A DNA stretch of 64,000 nucleotides, from NCBI RefSeq assembly GCF_009914755.1, contig NC_060932.1, one strand, 5' to 3'. Shown here in pieces: positions 15,624 through 27,810 of this stretch. Positions within the stretch are counted from its first letter, which is position 1. Every line of letters starts with the position of its first letter. Below the pieces are notes generated by a model. The model had not been told where the DNA came from and did no database searches. It was given only the letters and a program-made list of their open reading frames with translations. Position numbers and translations under genes: made by a program. The stretch is from the human T2T-CHM13v2.0 reference genome, Homo sapiens.

Positions 15624-16010
15624 AAAGAACATACAATTGTGTTTACCTAAGTCTTTCCACACCGTGTTCCATCACATCACTCATAATTTTTCCTTTAAAT
15701 TGTATCAATTAGAGCAGTATTGTTCCCTTTGAGTTGTCTTTTAATTATGTCTCTTGTCATAGTTTCCTTCTTTGACGTTAATTGTGCCCCAAAGAAAGGC
15801 TCTTTTGTATTTGATTTGTTCAGTCCTACATTTAATAAACGTGCTTGGAGACCCTGCCGTCCGACAGGCTGTGCGCTTCACAAAGTCAAGAGAAGAGGCA
15901 GTTAGCAGAGCCTCACTTTTCAGTGAGTCAGCAGGAGGGCGTGCACTTGCTGCAGGGAGTAATGCAGCTTTATCTGTGAAGTTTCCTGTCATACAGAACT
16001 AGTTACAATT

Positions 16011-16261
16011 GCCTGTAATCCCGGCACTTTGGGAAGCCGAGGCAGGTGGATCACAAGTTCAGGAGATTGAGACCATGCTGGCTAACACGGTGAAACCCCG
16101 TCTCTACTAAAAATACAAAAAATTAGCCGGGCGCGGTGACGGTCGCCTGTAATCCCAGCTACGCAGGAGAATGGGGTGAACCTGGGAGGTGGAGGTTGCA
16201 GTGAGTCGAGATTGCACAACTGCACTCCAGCCTGGGTGACACAGCGAGGCTCTATCTCAAA

Positions 16262-16292
<31 letters not shown>

Positions 16293-16315
16293 TTAATAAA
16301 AAAATAATAATAATA
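16011..16315 (+). mobile_element. Alu (Y/Sc-like), 5'-truncated, small internal deletion, (AAT)n tail
   Basis: Starts gcctgtaatcccggcac; TSD aactagttacaatt / aactagttagaatt. Confidence 0.93.
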
Positions 16316-16349
16316 AACTAGTTAGAATTAACTACAATCTGAGCTAAAA

Positions 16350-16520
16350 CTTAAGAATGCTGGGATTTAAATCCTGGTCTACATTCCTGAGTTGTGTGAT
16401 ACAGCATAAATTACACAATCCTTCTCTGCCTCAATATTCTCACCTGCAAAATGAGGATAATCCTTGTACAAACCTCCATGGTTGTTAGGAAAATTAAATG
16501 AGCTAATATATGGAAAGCAC
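16350..16520 (+). mobile_element. MIR fragment
   Basis: tctctgcctcaatattctcacctgcaaaatgaggataat...gttgttagg..aattaaatgagctaat is the MIR core. Confidence 0.75.
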
Positions 16521-17160
16521 AATAAGACATGGAATTAATAGAAAGATCTTAACTCACATGATTACTATTAGTATATACTCCATAAGGACCAGAAAAATAA
16601 CGCATCATAAATTATGTGCATACCATTTAGAATTATGTGCACTAGGATTATGTGCACTAGAATTATGCGCCTAGTCATTTAGAATTTCACTACTATTATG
16701 AAGTACTGCTGAGAGAGAAAAAAAAAAGCCATTAAATTATGTGGGGCAAAGATAGGGCAGATCTGAGACCAGGGTGGCGGACCGGAAGCCTCATAAGATC
16801 AGGAGGCAGAGGGAAGCACCCGGCATCTGTAGGAGGCTTAACGTGGAAGGAGCTGCCCACAGATAATGGACAGGGCCAGAACGAGGGCAAGAAGCCGCTG
16901 GAGGATTCTGAGGGGAGCACGATGGTCACTTTCATCATTGCAGCTCTACGCATACCAAGGACAAAGCTAAACCATTAGCGTTTCCTACCCTTGCCTTTAC
17001 AATAACTTTGAAAAATAGATATTGTTATATGCACTTTGCAGATGAAAAACAAAACAAACAAACAAACAAACGACAAATAGGGCCCCTGGAGCTAGTTAGT
17101 AGCCCAAGACAGCACAGCGGGATAAATCATGGGGCCGGGATCCCAATCCAAGTTGGCTGA

Positions 17161-17528
<368 letters not shown>

Positions 17529-17845
17529 GCAGCCTCCCACATCTAAAATTACCTATAAGTCACCAGGGTAGATATCAAGTCATGAGGAAAATATACTTAC
17601 AGGACTTGGGACAGGAAACTGCCCTTGGATGCCATTTCAGTGCCGTGGAGAAGGACAGCCCCAATTTTGTTTTTGATGTTTCTATTTTACTTTTTCATAA
17701 ACCCCATTTATTAAACTGTATTTTTCAAACCATAGCCCACGTGTGTCATGATAGAGATCATGTGGAGTGTATTTTCAGGACAAGTTCTAATCCCATGGAT
17801 TGGGGGCCATTGCTAAGTATGGTTAGATGTTCCCCTAGTCTGGTA

Positions 17846-18304
17846 GCATCTGATGGGGCTGTCAACTGCACCTCTAGAGCACGTCGCAGTTCTGATGGGG
17901 CTGTCAAATGCAGCTCCAGAGCACCTGGCAGATCTGGCCGGCTGTCAATTGCAACTCTAGAGCACACAGCAGATCTAATGGGACTGTCAATTGCAGTTCT
18001 AGAGCACACCGCACATCTGACAGGGCTGTCAATTGCAACTCTAGAGCACATTGCAGATCTGATGGGGCTGTCAATTGCAGCTCTAGAGCACAGGGCAGAT
18101 CTGATGGGGCTGTCAATTGCAGCTCTAGAGCACACGGCAGATCTGATGGGGCTGTCAATTGCAGCTCTAGAGCACACCACAGATCTAACAGGGCTGTCAA
18201 TAGCAACTCTAGAGCACATTGCAGATCTGATGGGGCTGTCAATTGCAGCTCTAGAGCACACAGCAGATCTGATGGGGCTGTCAATTGCAGCTCTAGAGCA
18301 CATC
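17846..18304. repeat. 42-bp minisatellite, ~11 copies
   Basis: Consensus GCAGATCTGATGGGGCTGTCAATTGCAGCTCTAGAGCACAnn. Units parsed by hand start at ~17846, 17886, 17928 (41 bp), 17969, 18011, 18053, 18095, 18137, 18179, 18221 and 18263. Confidence 0.97.
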
Positions 18305-18842
18305 ACAGAAAATTCAGGTCAGGAACCTCTCAGACTGCGCTTGCACCCAGCCACCTGCACAGTGAAGCCATCCTGCAAAGCGAGTGGCAAGCTTAACTTC
18401 AAATGTCACATTGATGTCCCCAATAAAATGTCACACACGCACAGAGTTTACTGAGCCAAATTTCGATCCACTGTCAAAAGAAAATGCTGACGACAGATCA
18501 TGAGTCTCTGTTTTCCTATTTAGACTTTTCAATTCTAAACTGGTGAGTACTTTTGGTTCTAAGATAACAAACCTAAACAGAGAGGCACATTGATATATGT
18601 TTCTATAAGGTAAAGCAGCATTAAATAATGACTAGCTCATTTTGAATCCAGCAGTAATAAGTACACTATTTTGATTTTTCGTCTAGGTATATTAAAAAAT
18701 ATATATATAGCCAAGTACAATATTTGGATTCTTCAAGTAAGAAAAAATACAGCTAGGGGTTTCATTTGAACAAAATGCCAAGGCTTGTTACTTGTGTTTT
18801 ATGAAAACAGAATGATTTATGGGTTCAGGATTCAGTGTATCT

Positions 18843-18846
<4 letters not shown>

Positions 18847-18897
<51 letters not shown>

Positions 18898-18926
18898 ATG
18901 TATTTGTGCGTGTGTGTGTGTGTGTG
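18847..18926. repeat. Compound (AT)n/(TG)n microsatellite
   Basis: Read directly from the sequence. Confidence 0.95.
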
Positions 18927-19897
18927 GGTGTAAAGGGAGATCACACACACAAAAAACTAGAGGGAATGGAAGAGAAAAAGGAGCAAGAAGAAAGCCAGAA
19001 ATGAAGAGAAAGTTTGAATCTATGTCCATAAAACGAATACTTTATTTCAAGCTTCATTGTAGTTCATTATAAGCCTTTAAAATTAACACTTTAGAATTTG
19101 GTGAAGACTTGGGAAAGATGGATTATTCCGATACTGGGAAAATCACGGATCTCATAAGGTGGCTCTGACCACATTTTGATTACTGTGCTCATGTTCTTAG
19201 CTTTCAAAAACACTGTGGCTTTTATGTTACTTAGGGGGGACTTGTCATGAAGAATTACACCATAGATCATGTACTTCAGGAGAGGGTGTGATGGATGCCA
19301 GCTGAGCCTTCCTTGTCCCTTCTCACAGTTTGTGGTAAACTAGAAGGTATCTGAGAAGCATTGACGGGTTATAAATTGAAGTCCCATTTCATGCTTTACA
19401 AATTTCCCACACCATGCACAAAGCACATTTGCAGATAATAAATTATTTTTAAAGCAGGCATATATGTTTTCGTTTATTAGGGTTACAGATTGCATTGTTT
19501 TGTTTTCCTTTCTTCCATAGAAAGTAAATGAATATACATCTACCCTCTTGTCTAGTCTTATGTGCACACACACACAAACACACCTGGGCGTGCACACTCA
19601 CACATTTTAGAACATAATTGCTGCTCAGAAGTCTCCATCCCAAATGTTTCAAGAGCCAGATACAACGAACACATCATTTTACTCCATGGATTGCTCTACT
19701 ATGGAATAATAACAGTTTCACTTTATTTGAAGGGGCGCCACCTTCTAGTACAGGAAGATCCTTGCACGGCAGAACCGTTGCACTCACAGAAGCTTGCTAG
19801 GTTGATGCTAGAATTCTCATTACAACCTCCAAGAATCAAGTAACAACTTGATTCAAGAAGTTAGATTAAAAAGGCTGCCTTTAAAATGTTAAAGTGA

Positions 19898-19945
19898 TTT
19901 TTTTTTTTTTTTGAGATGGAGTCTCACCCTGTCGCCCAGATTGGA
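19898..19945 (-). mobile_element. Short Alu 3'-end fragment (duplicate of 20899-20945)
   Basis: T-run then gagatggagtctcaccctgtcgcccagattgga; Alu similarity stops abruptly after that. Confidence 0.85.
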
Positions 19946-20898
19946 CAGGGTGAGACAGCATTCTTCAATGCTGAGACTGTACCCTAGGTCTGTCTGAGCA
20001 TCAGATAATTTTTCTTCCCAATTCATCGTGCACTCTTACTTTGAACATTTCAAACCATTTTGCATAACTCAATTTTTTTTTCTAATTCTAGCCTAAAAGT
20101 TTCCCTGGCTGTCCTCTGACTCCCATTTAAGCCAGGCCCCACCCACTCCCCTGCTTCTCTTTGCTATCTCAAAGCCCTGTCTTTTCCTCTTCATTATATG
20201 AAGACCCCATCCAAAAATCAAGGATCTCGTTCGTATCTGGGAGCTACAAGTTCAGATGAACAGGATTTCTCAAGTGACTTGAAGGCATCACCTTAAAGTC
20301 TCTCCAAAGAGCCCTTTTATTTTAAGCTGCCCCTCGGTCCTGAGATGGTGCAAAGACACCAGATGGAGGAAGAGCTTTATAACTTCCCTCGCCTGGCTGA
20401 GGGCATCAACATTATCTCTACAATCCTTCCCTATGTTTCTAAAAGCTCAGTGAAAACCCTTCTAGGGTGTTCATTGAAATGTAGATCCCTGAGCACTGAG
20501 ACACCCCCAGCCAACCTTCCTAACCACAGGCCCTGGACATTTCACTGTTGAATACGTTTCCACTTCAAGGTGAAATCTGAAATATCAGGGTATAGCCATG
20601 TGCAAAGCCGAGCAACTGACTTCCCTGGCTACCAAAAGCAACATCCTTCTCCTTTCTTTTTCTACTCCCATGATCAGCAGACCCGTATAAATTATAAGTA
20701 TCTTAATCTTTCAACTTTCTAATTATTTATTTTTTCCCAAGCCATGCAACATACCTAAATCATGATTTTCCTAAAGTACTGCTTTCCTTATACCATGAGA
20801 TATGAGGGACAGAGTGAACATTTTACAAGCATTTTACCATGGAAAATTTATCATGTTTCAGTTTCGCTCAAAGGCCTGCTTTTACAATGTTTAAGTGA

Positions 20899-21193
20899 TT
20901 TTTCTTTTTTTTTAGATGGAGTCTCACCCTGTTGCCCAGGCTGGAATGCAGTGATGCGATCTCGGCTCACTGCAATCTCTGCTCCCAGGTTCAAGCAATT
21001 CTCCTGCTTCAGCCTCCCAAGTAGCTGGGATTGCAGGTGCACGCCACCATGCCCAGCTAATTTTTGTATTTTTAGTATACAGGGCGTTTCACCATGCAGT
21101 TCAGGCTGTTCTTGAACTACTGACATCAAATAATCCACCTGCCTCAGCCTCCCAAAGTGCTGGGATTACAGACGTGAATCACCGCATCCATCC
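20899..21193 (-). mobile_element. AluS
   Basis: Reverse full-length Alu; TSD acaatgtttaagtgattt / aaaatgttaaagtgattt. Confidence 0.93.
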
Positions 21194-22594
21194 AAAATGT
21201 TAAAGTGATTTCTATCATTTTGTGAAAACGATGGGTTCCTTTCTCCCAACTTACTGGAATGTATTTACACACACAGCGTCTATCCGAGTTCTATGGGAGA
21301 AAGCAACCCAGTATATACACTTCTTACTTTACACACACCGTGCCCACAACAGCAGCACGCACTCTTCCTGTGAACATGCTTCCCATGCTCAAAGGCTACA
21401 CACAGCCCAGTGTTTCTGTAACATGTTCTGTGATGACCTCACTGAGCAGTGCTTTCTTTCTCCTCCAAGTACCGACAGCATCTTTGCAACTGCATTGCTT
21501 ATTTGTTGTTTATCACATATGCCATGATAACGACTAATGGATACAGGGGTTGTCTGTCTCCGTTCCTGGTACAGTGGTAGGTTTGTGACTTTTACTTTCA
21601 TATTCACCCAGCTAGATGAGTATCTTTAATCTCCTTTTTAAAGTCAGGAAACCAAAAATCTGGGAGTCTGACTCTAGCCCAAATGGTGCAGCTACGAAGG
21701 GGAGGAACACCATTTTTAATTCCTCGTTCTTCTCACTCTAAGGCCAATTCTGAGAACTGTGAAGGATGAGTAGGGCTTTGCTGATAAAGCAGAAGAGACA
21801 GTTCCCAGACAGAGAAAATGGATTGAAAACAGGAAACTGCAAGGTGGAACGAGGTCACTAGCAGCATAAAGTGCAAAATGGAATGTAAATATTGACAGGA
21901 CTCAGGCCAAAGCAGGCTCTGCGCCACGTCAAGAAGCATAGCCTTATCCAAACCCATAGTTCCAGATGTTAATTGACAGCCTGCCAAAAAGAAATGGTTC
22001 AGGGTCCAATCTGTTTGGCACATTGCAACATCTTCTACCTGATCTCTGAGAGTCACACCGAATGGTCTCACATCAAAGGACTGAGAAATCCACAACAAAG
22101 GAAACTGCTCAACTTTTTAACTCAATTTTCTTGAAAAGAGCTCAAAATGATTTTACTTTCAACACACAGCTATTAATAGATTTGGAAACACTACTGTGCC
22201 TAAAAACATAGGGAAGCTCTTGAAATATTGTGATTTTTTTATACCCTTTTGATGTCACCTCTTATTCATAGTCATCTGCTGGGCAGTTGGGCTGGTTCAG
22301 AAAACTAAATCAGAGTCTCTAAGCAGTAAGACCCTGGTGAGTCTGTGAATCCTAAATCTGAAACTCAATATTGAACCTCGGCTTTCTGGATCATCTCCAT
22401 CTTGTCCCAGAAGGCCATTATAAACATCACACAGGATTTCAACAGAGACAAAAGAGCTTGCATCAAATTCTGAAATAGCATAACTACTGCAATGTTTTTC
22501 AGTTTGGAGGAAAACCTGAAATTATTATGAATGATAATTAGTTATGGTTTTAGGTCTGTGTTTGTCAAATATGTACGCCACTCACAAACACCCT

Positions 22595-22750
22595 AACCTC
22601 TCACAGCTCAGGCTCTGGAGCACGGAACAGCAGCACCAACCAGAGCTGAACGATTGTCAGAAACAGAGAATCTCTGGACTCACTCCAGAACTGCTAGATC
22701 ACGGTCTGCATTTTGAAAAGATCTCCAGTGAGTCCTGTGCACATGACAGC
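22595..22750. mobile_element. MER5-type hAT-Charlie fossil
   Basis: cagcagcacca...gtcagaaacagagaatctctggactcactccagaactgct...tctgcattttgaaaagatctccagtgagtcctgtgcacat. Confidence 0.7.
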
Positions 22751-25700
22751 TGGAGAGGAACGTTTAATAGATAAATATGTACTTCGGTCAAAATTCCACT
22801 GTTATCACATTTCATTTTTACTAAGTGATATACAGGATCTAAACCAGGATAGCATTTTGATTTTCATTCACAAAGTTGACGGACATATACAAAAACAGCC
22901 CTGAATGTGAAACAATGCTGATTATGGTCAATTATATTTCCAAACAACAAGGAAGGGTCATCATTTAGGTCCTATTTTTTCCTTTAAAGTGATATTATTA
23001 CTGTTGTTATTGTCACACAATTCATAACCAAAGTAAGATCAATGTTTTAAAAGTTGAGTGGAGAAGTTAACAGCTTTTATAACTCAAAAAATTTGAAGGT
23101 TATTTGCTGAACATAGACTTTTAGAACTAGATACAGGTAAAAACCATTGTTCAAAACACATTCTATTTCCAAAAGTTTTTCTTTTTCATTGTAGGGCAGA
23201 AATCTGAACTCTCTATGGCACTGTTTCTTACAGCAGTAAACGTGCAGCTAGTTATAGAAATTGCTATGTGGGGCGGGCATTTTGCTAAGGGTTTTCCAAG
23301 CGTCTGCTCATTTGCTCTAGTTAGCAGCTCTCTCAGGGATGTGGCAATCACTTCCATTTTACAGACAGTGATCTGGGACTTCCAGAGCAAACCTGCTCTA
23401 CGTCATCAAGCTCAGAAGTCATAAAACCAAGACTACAGCCTAAGTCTCACTCAAACCGAGGTCTGAATCAGTCATCTTGGCTTAGCAACTATGCTTTTAT
23501 GGCCTGCTGATAGAAAGGTAATGAAAAAACGAAAGAGGACATTGCCCAACACTCTCCAAGCTAGGTAAGAGCGGCTTCTTAGCATGCTGGAATGAGTTGT
23601 GGTAACACAGACAAAAAACCTGGATTCTCTTCTAGCCAACTAATAATACTCCACAGGGTAGGATAAAGCACATGATCTATTTATGATGCAGTTCCTTTTT
23701 CCCCAAACAAGAAAGGGATTGCATTAAGAGATTTCTCAGGTGCCATCTATTTTAAATTTATAATTCAAAAAAAATTAAAGTCTTTATGATGTATATGTTT
23801 ATTAAGAAACGATACTGTGATACTCTAAAGAGATTCGAATCAGAAGAAGTTAGATACTTGTATTTACTAAAGTCATAGGTGGGAAACGCTAATGTTCTAG
23901 GCCACTACTCATTTAAAGGATGTATTAAGCTTGGATAGCACGTGCCAACAGGAAGTAACCCAAGCAACAAAATGTCACATTTTTTGGAGGAGTATAGGAT
24001 TGCACAAAATTACCTTATTCTCCTAACCAGTCCTCCATGAAATTGTGCAAACTTTCATAAGAAAGAGAAAAATTAGATATTCATGGCTTCAAGAGAAACT
24101 CTAAATGAAGATATCAAAATGTACAACTGGAACACGAGGATGTGCCAGTTGGCTGATTTGAGGAATAAATGAGAGTTAAGCAGCATTATTTGAGAATGAC
24201 TAAAATGGAGTGGGCGCAATGGCCCTTCAGAAGGCAGAGTGTTTTTAAATGAGAAATTTATTTAACAGCGTTAATTTAGTTTTACTTTTTTATTGTTTCC
24301 AGGATTAAGGGCCACATACAAAAAGAAAGAAGTGTGATTACAAACAACAGGTATTTCATAGTTGATGAAATACATTTTAATCCATAAAAGACTTCTTTTT
24401 TCATTGCCTACAGCTTAAATAATTTATAGGAAAAGTTTTTTTCAATAAAATGAGGTTAATTTGGAGAAATCTGACATGAGAGAAATATTACACCAGAGCT
24501 GTAGAGTTCAACTCTGCCCTAAGAATGGTAAGGATGGAGACGGGGAATTCTCTCCCGGGATAACTATTTTTCCTATTGGTCCCATCTTTAGAGACCAGGG
24601 ATGTTTTCTTTTTCTCTGTTACTCCTCAGTCTGGACAATTTTATGGAATCTTAGGGTAAAATACTACATTTTATCCATAGTTACCACCATTCAATAAATT
24701 AGAAAAGTGTCCCAAATTTCAAATACGTATTCTTTGAAATAGTTTTTTAACTTTATTGAAACTCTGGTATTTACTTAACCCGAATTAAAGGATTGCTCTA
24801 GAATGCTATTTCTAGAATTTGTGAAGAAATCTCAAATTCAGGCTTAATTCTAGGCAATAAGACAGTCGATGGCTTCTCAGAGTTGCAGGGGCACCTGCTG
24901 GTGAGTCCATCCCTTTCACGAGGAAGGAGAGGGGAGGGCAGGAAATAATTCCTAGGGTATACGCTCCTGGTAGTGAATCAGAGAGTGCAGCTGCCCCTTC
25001 ACAGAGAGCCACCTTCTTTGCTCCTGGAGGTTCATTCTGACGTGAAAGACCCTTCCTTCACTGCCTGGTGAAAGCATCATCTCTAGATGATGCTTTTCAG
25101 AAGGACAGGAGAGAAAATGTGTCTTGCAAAAACACACCTGACAAAAACCTCTAAAACACAGCCTGCCTGCTTCACTCCACTTGTGGGGCTGCAGCATCTT
25201 TCCCAGAAATTCCTTCGCTGCCCAGCGGCTTCATCCCTGGCCACGACCCGAGAGAAAAGGTAGACACTGGAAATTGGCCCCACAGTAGACATTGTGGAGA
25301 GGGTGCCTAATCCACCCAGGTGAAAACAAAAATATCCAGGATAAGGCATGTGAAAGAAAGCCACCAATCAAGTTAGAAATTATCCGTACAGTAGAATTAG
25401 CTGGTATTGAAAGAAGTTCGCATTATTTGCCTATTGAGTTTCAGGGTGGAGGTACCTAGGTTGTGGGGTAGTCTGGGATGGCCAGTTTTCTCCACCTACC
25501 TAAGACTTCAGTGCGTCACGGTTGCATATATAACCCTGTTTAGTCACATCTTTATGCGACAGCTTCATGGTAACATCAGCTTGTCATTCATGTGTCCTCT
25601 TAGAAGCCTGATAATATCTATCATTATGTTATACCCAGAAATATGCTCAACAAGCAAGTATGCTAAGATGATTACATTACTGTCTAATGAATAATGCTGG

Positions 25701-26389
25701 AAAGAAACACGTAAGAGTAGCTAGTGATGACTCCACCACACAGTAACAGAGATGAGTACAAATTAGAAGTGGAGGGCACTTTCTTTGTATGCACTAAGGC
25801 AGAAGGTTGCTGAAGAAATTCTAGGATGAGAGTGGAGTGCCGACACACTGCTTCCATCTTCCTGTTTTGAAATTAGCGATGAAATGTGGTCTCAACTTTT
25901 TTAAAAAGAGGAGGAAATATACCTTGGGACTGTCTCTCTTCAAGTCTCCACCCTGCCTCTTTGCTTTTTGGATGGTTGAATATTTAACTACTTTGAAGCC
26001 TATTTTTCTCATCTATAAAATGGGAATAGTAGTATCTCCAAGCAGCAGTAGCAACTATTGTTTATATTTTCTTGTTATATAACAAACACTCGGTGATTAT
26101 TAAATGTTTTTTTACAAAAAAAATACACTATTGAAAAAACATAGAAATGGCATTTTAATTAAAGCAGGGGTTTATGAATAGAGCTACAATATCATGTTAA
26201 TTATATCCCTACACCTTCAGCTGGTATGCAGAGTTTCAAGAAAAGGAGAAATGTGTATATATATGTGTGTGTGTGTGTGTATGTACATATATTATATATA
26301 TTTTTATTGTTAGATATATATAAATATATTTACATTCATATTTATTTCCCATTTATGCTATACTAAACACTTCTAAAAAACAACACCTC

Positions 26390-26565
26390 TAAGCTCTATT
26401 TTTCATGAACCAGCATAACTTGACCCTTTTGCCTACCTGGAGTACGCAAGTTTACAAGGGGAACTCTGGGGTGACAGTTTTGTAATCTTATTTTGTTCCC
26501 GTTAAACCAGCACAAGTTTACTATTAAATCAATCTAATCAGTGATTGGCTGAAGTTAAAACAAAA
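26390..26565 (+). repeat. Left arm of long inverted repeat (176 bp)
   Basis: Reverse complement of 27630-27810; manual alignment gives 13 substitutions plus one 5-bp indel. Confidence 0.97.
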
Positions 26566-26642
26566 AAAAGTGTTGAGGTGCATAGCTTACAACAGGTTTG
26601 TGAAATAAAATTACTGAATCCAAATTTAAGATAGAAAATATG

Positions 26643-26935
26643 GGACTGGCTGTTGTGGCTCATGCCTGTAATTCCACACTTTGGGAGGCTGAGCCAGCAG
26701 AATTCCTTGAGTCCAGGATTTTGAGACCAGCTTGGGCAACACAGTACGTCCGTGTGTCTACAAAAAATGTTTTAAAAATTAGCCAGGGTTCTGCTCCTGT
26801 AGTCCCAGATACAAGGAATGCTAAGGTGGAAGGATGGCTTGAGTCCAGGAGTTTGAGGCTACAGTGAGCTATGACAGCACCACTGTACTCCACACTGGGT
26901 GACAGAAGGAGACCCAGTACTAACATTAAAAAATT
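26643..26935 (+). mobile_element. AluJ, diverged, in the spacer of the inverted repeat
   Basis: gtggctcatgcctgtaattcc...ttgagtccagga...ggatggcttgagtccaggagtttgaggctacagtgagctatga. Confidence 0.88.
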
Positions 26936-27629
26936 ATAAAGGAAAGCACAAAAAACAATTCGCCCATTTTAATTGGTGGCACTGCAGCATTGCTGCGTGG
27001 TCTCCTCCATATTCATAAACGATGTCACTGCTTTTCCAAAGCCATTTTTCTCACAAAAGATTGAATTGTTAACATGGGATAGGTCAAGTTCATAGAAACA
27101 AAGAAAGATGGAAACGGCCACAGTTGGACAGGGCCAAGGAGGCAAAACCAAATGCTCTGTGGGTCCCTGGCTGGAGCCCTGGACCAGAAAAGACATCAGT
27201 AGAAAAGGCAGAGGAAATGAAACAGAGTCTGAAAATGAGTTAGCAGCACTGATGCTACATGAATTTCTTGGTGCCAATAATTACACTATGGTTATGTAAG
27301 ATGTTCACATGAAGGAAGCTAGGTTTAGGATATACAGCAACTCTCTGTGTTAGTGCTGCAAATTTTCTGTAAAATGAATTCAAAATAATAACAACATGAG
27401 GAGGGAGAACATGATGCCTCCTTCCTTTAATTTTGGGGCACGTGAGAGAAGGATTGATTTCAGGGAGTCTGTTACTCAGCATGTTCCTCTATAATTCTCC
27501 CTGGTTAGAAATTAAATAGACACCAAGTCAATTATCAATTAAGTGACAAGTTGGGTAAACACTGGAAGCATTAACTGACCCATTCAAGCGTTCTTTGAAA
27601 TTCACTCAGCTTTCCCCATTTCTCTGAAG

Positions 27630-27810
27630 TTTTGTTTTAACTTTAGCCAGTCACCAATTAGATTGACTTAATAGTAAAATTGTGCTGGTTTAACAGGAAC
27701 AAAATAAACTAAGGTTACAAAACTGTCACCCCAGAGTTTCCCTTGTAAACTTCCATACACCAGATAGGCAAAAGGGTCAAGTTATGCTGGTTCATGAAAA
27801 ATAGAGCTTA
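27630..27810 (-). repeat. Right arm of long inverted repeat (181 bp)
   Basis: Ends ...gggtcaagttatgctggttcatgaaaaatagagctta, the exact reverse complement of the start of the left arm. Confidence 0.97.

Noticed and set aside
16609-16686. Short ~15-bp repeats (aattatgtgcactag), and similar micro-duplications at 10047-10105
   Set aside because: Ordinary slippage products with no further structure.
17846-18304. CRISPR-like array (palindromic repeats with a variable position)
   Set aside because: Units are directly tandem with only 2-3 variable bases, there are no unique spacers or cas genes, and the context is a primate intron.
18785-19072. ORFs with YIYIYI / CVCV / HTHT runs (also 603-887 and 56251-56490)
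   Set aside because: Dinucleotide microsatellite translations.
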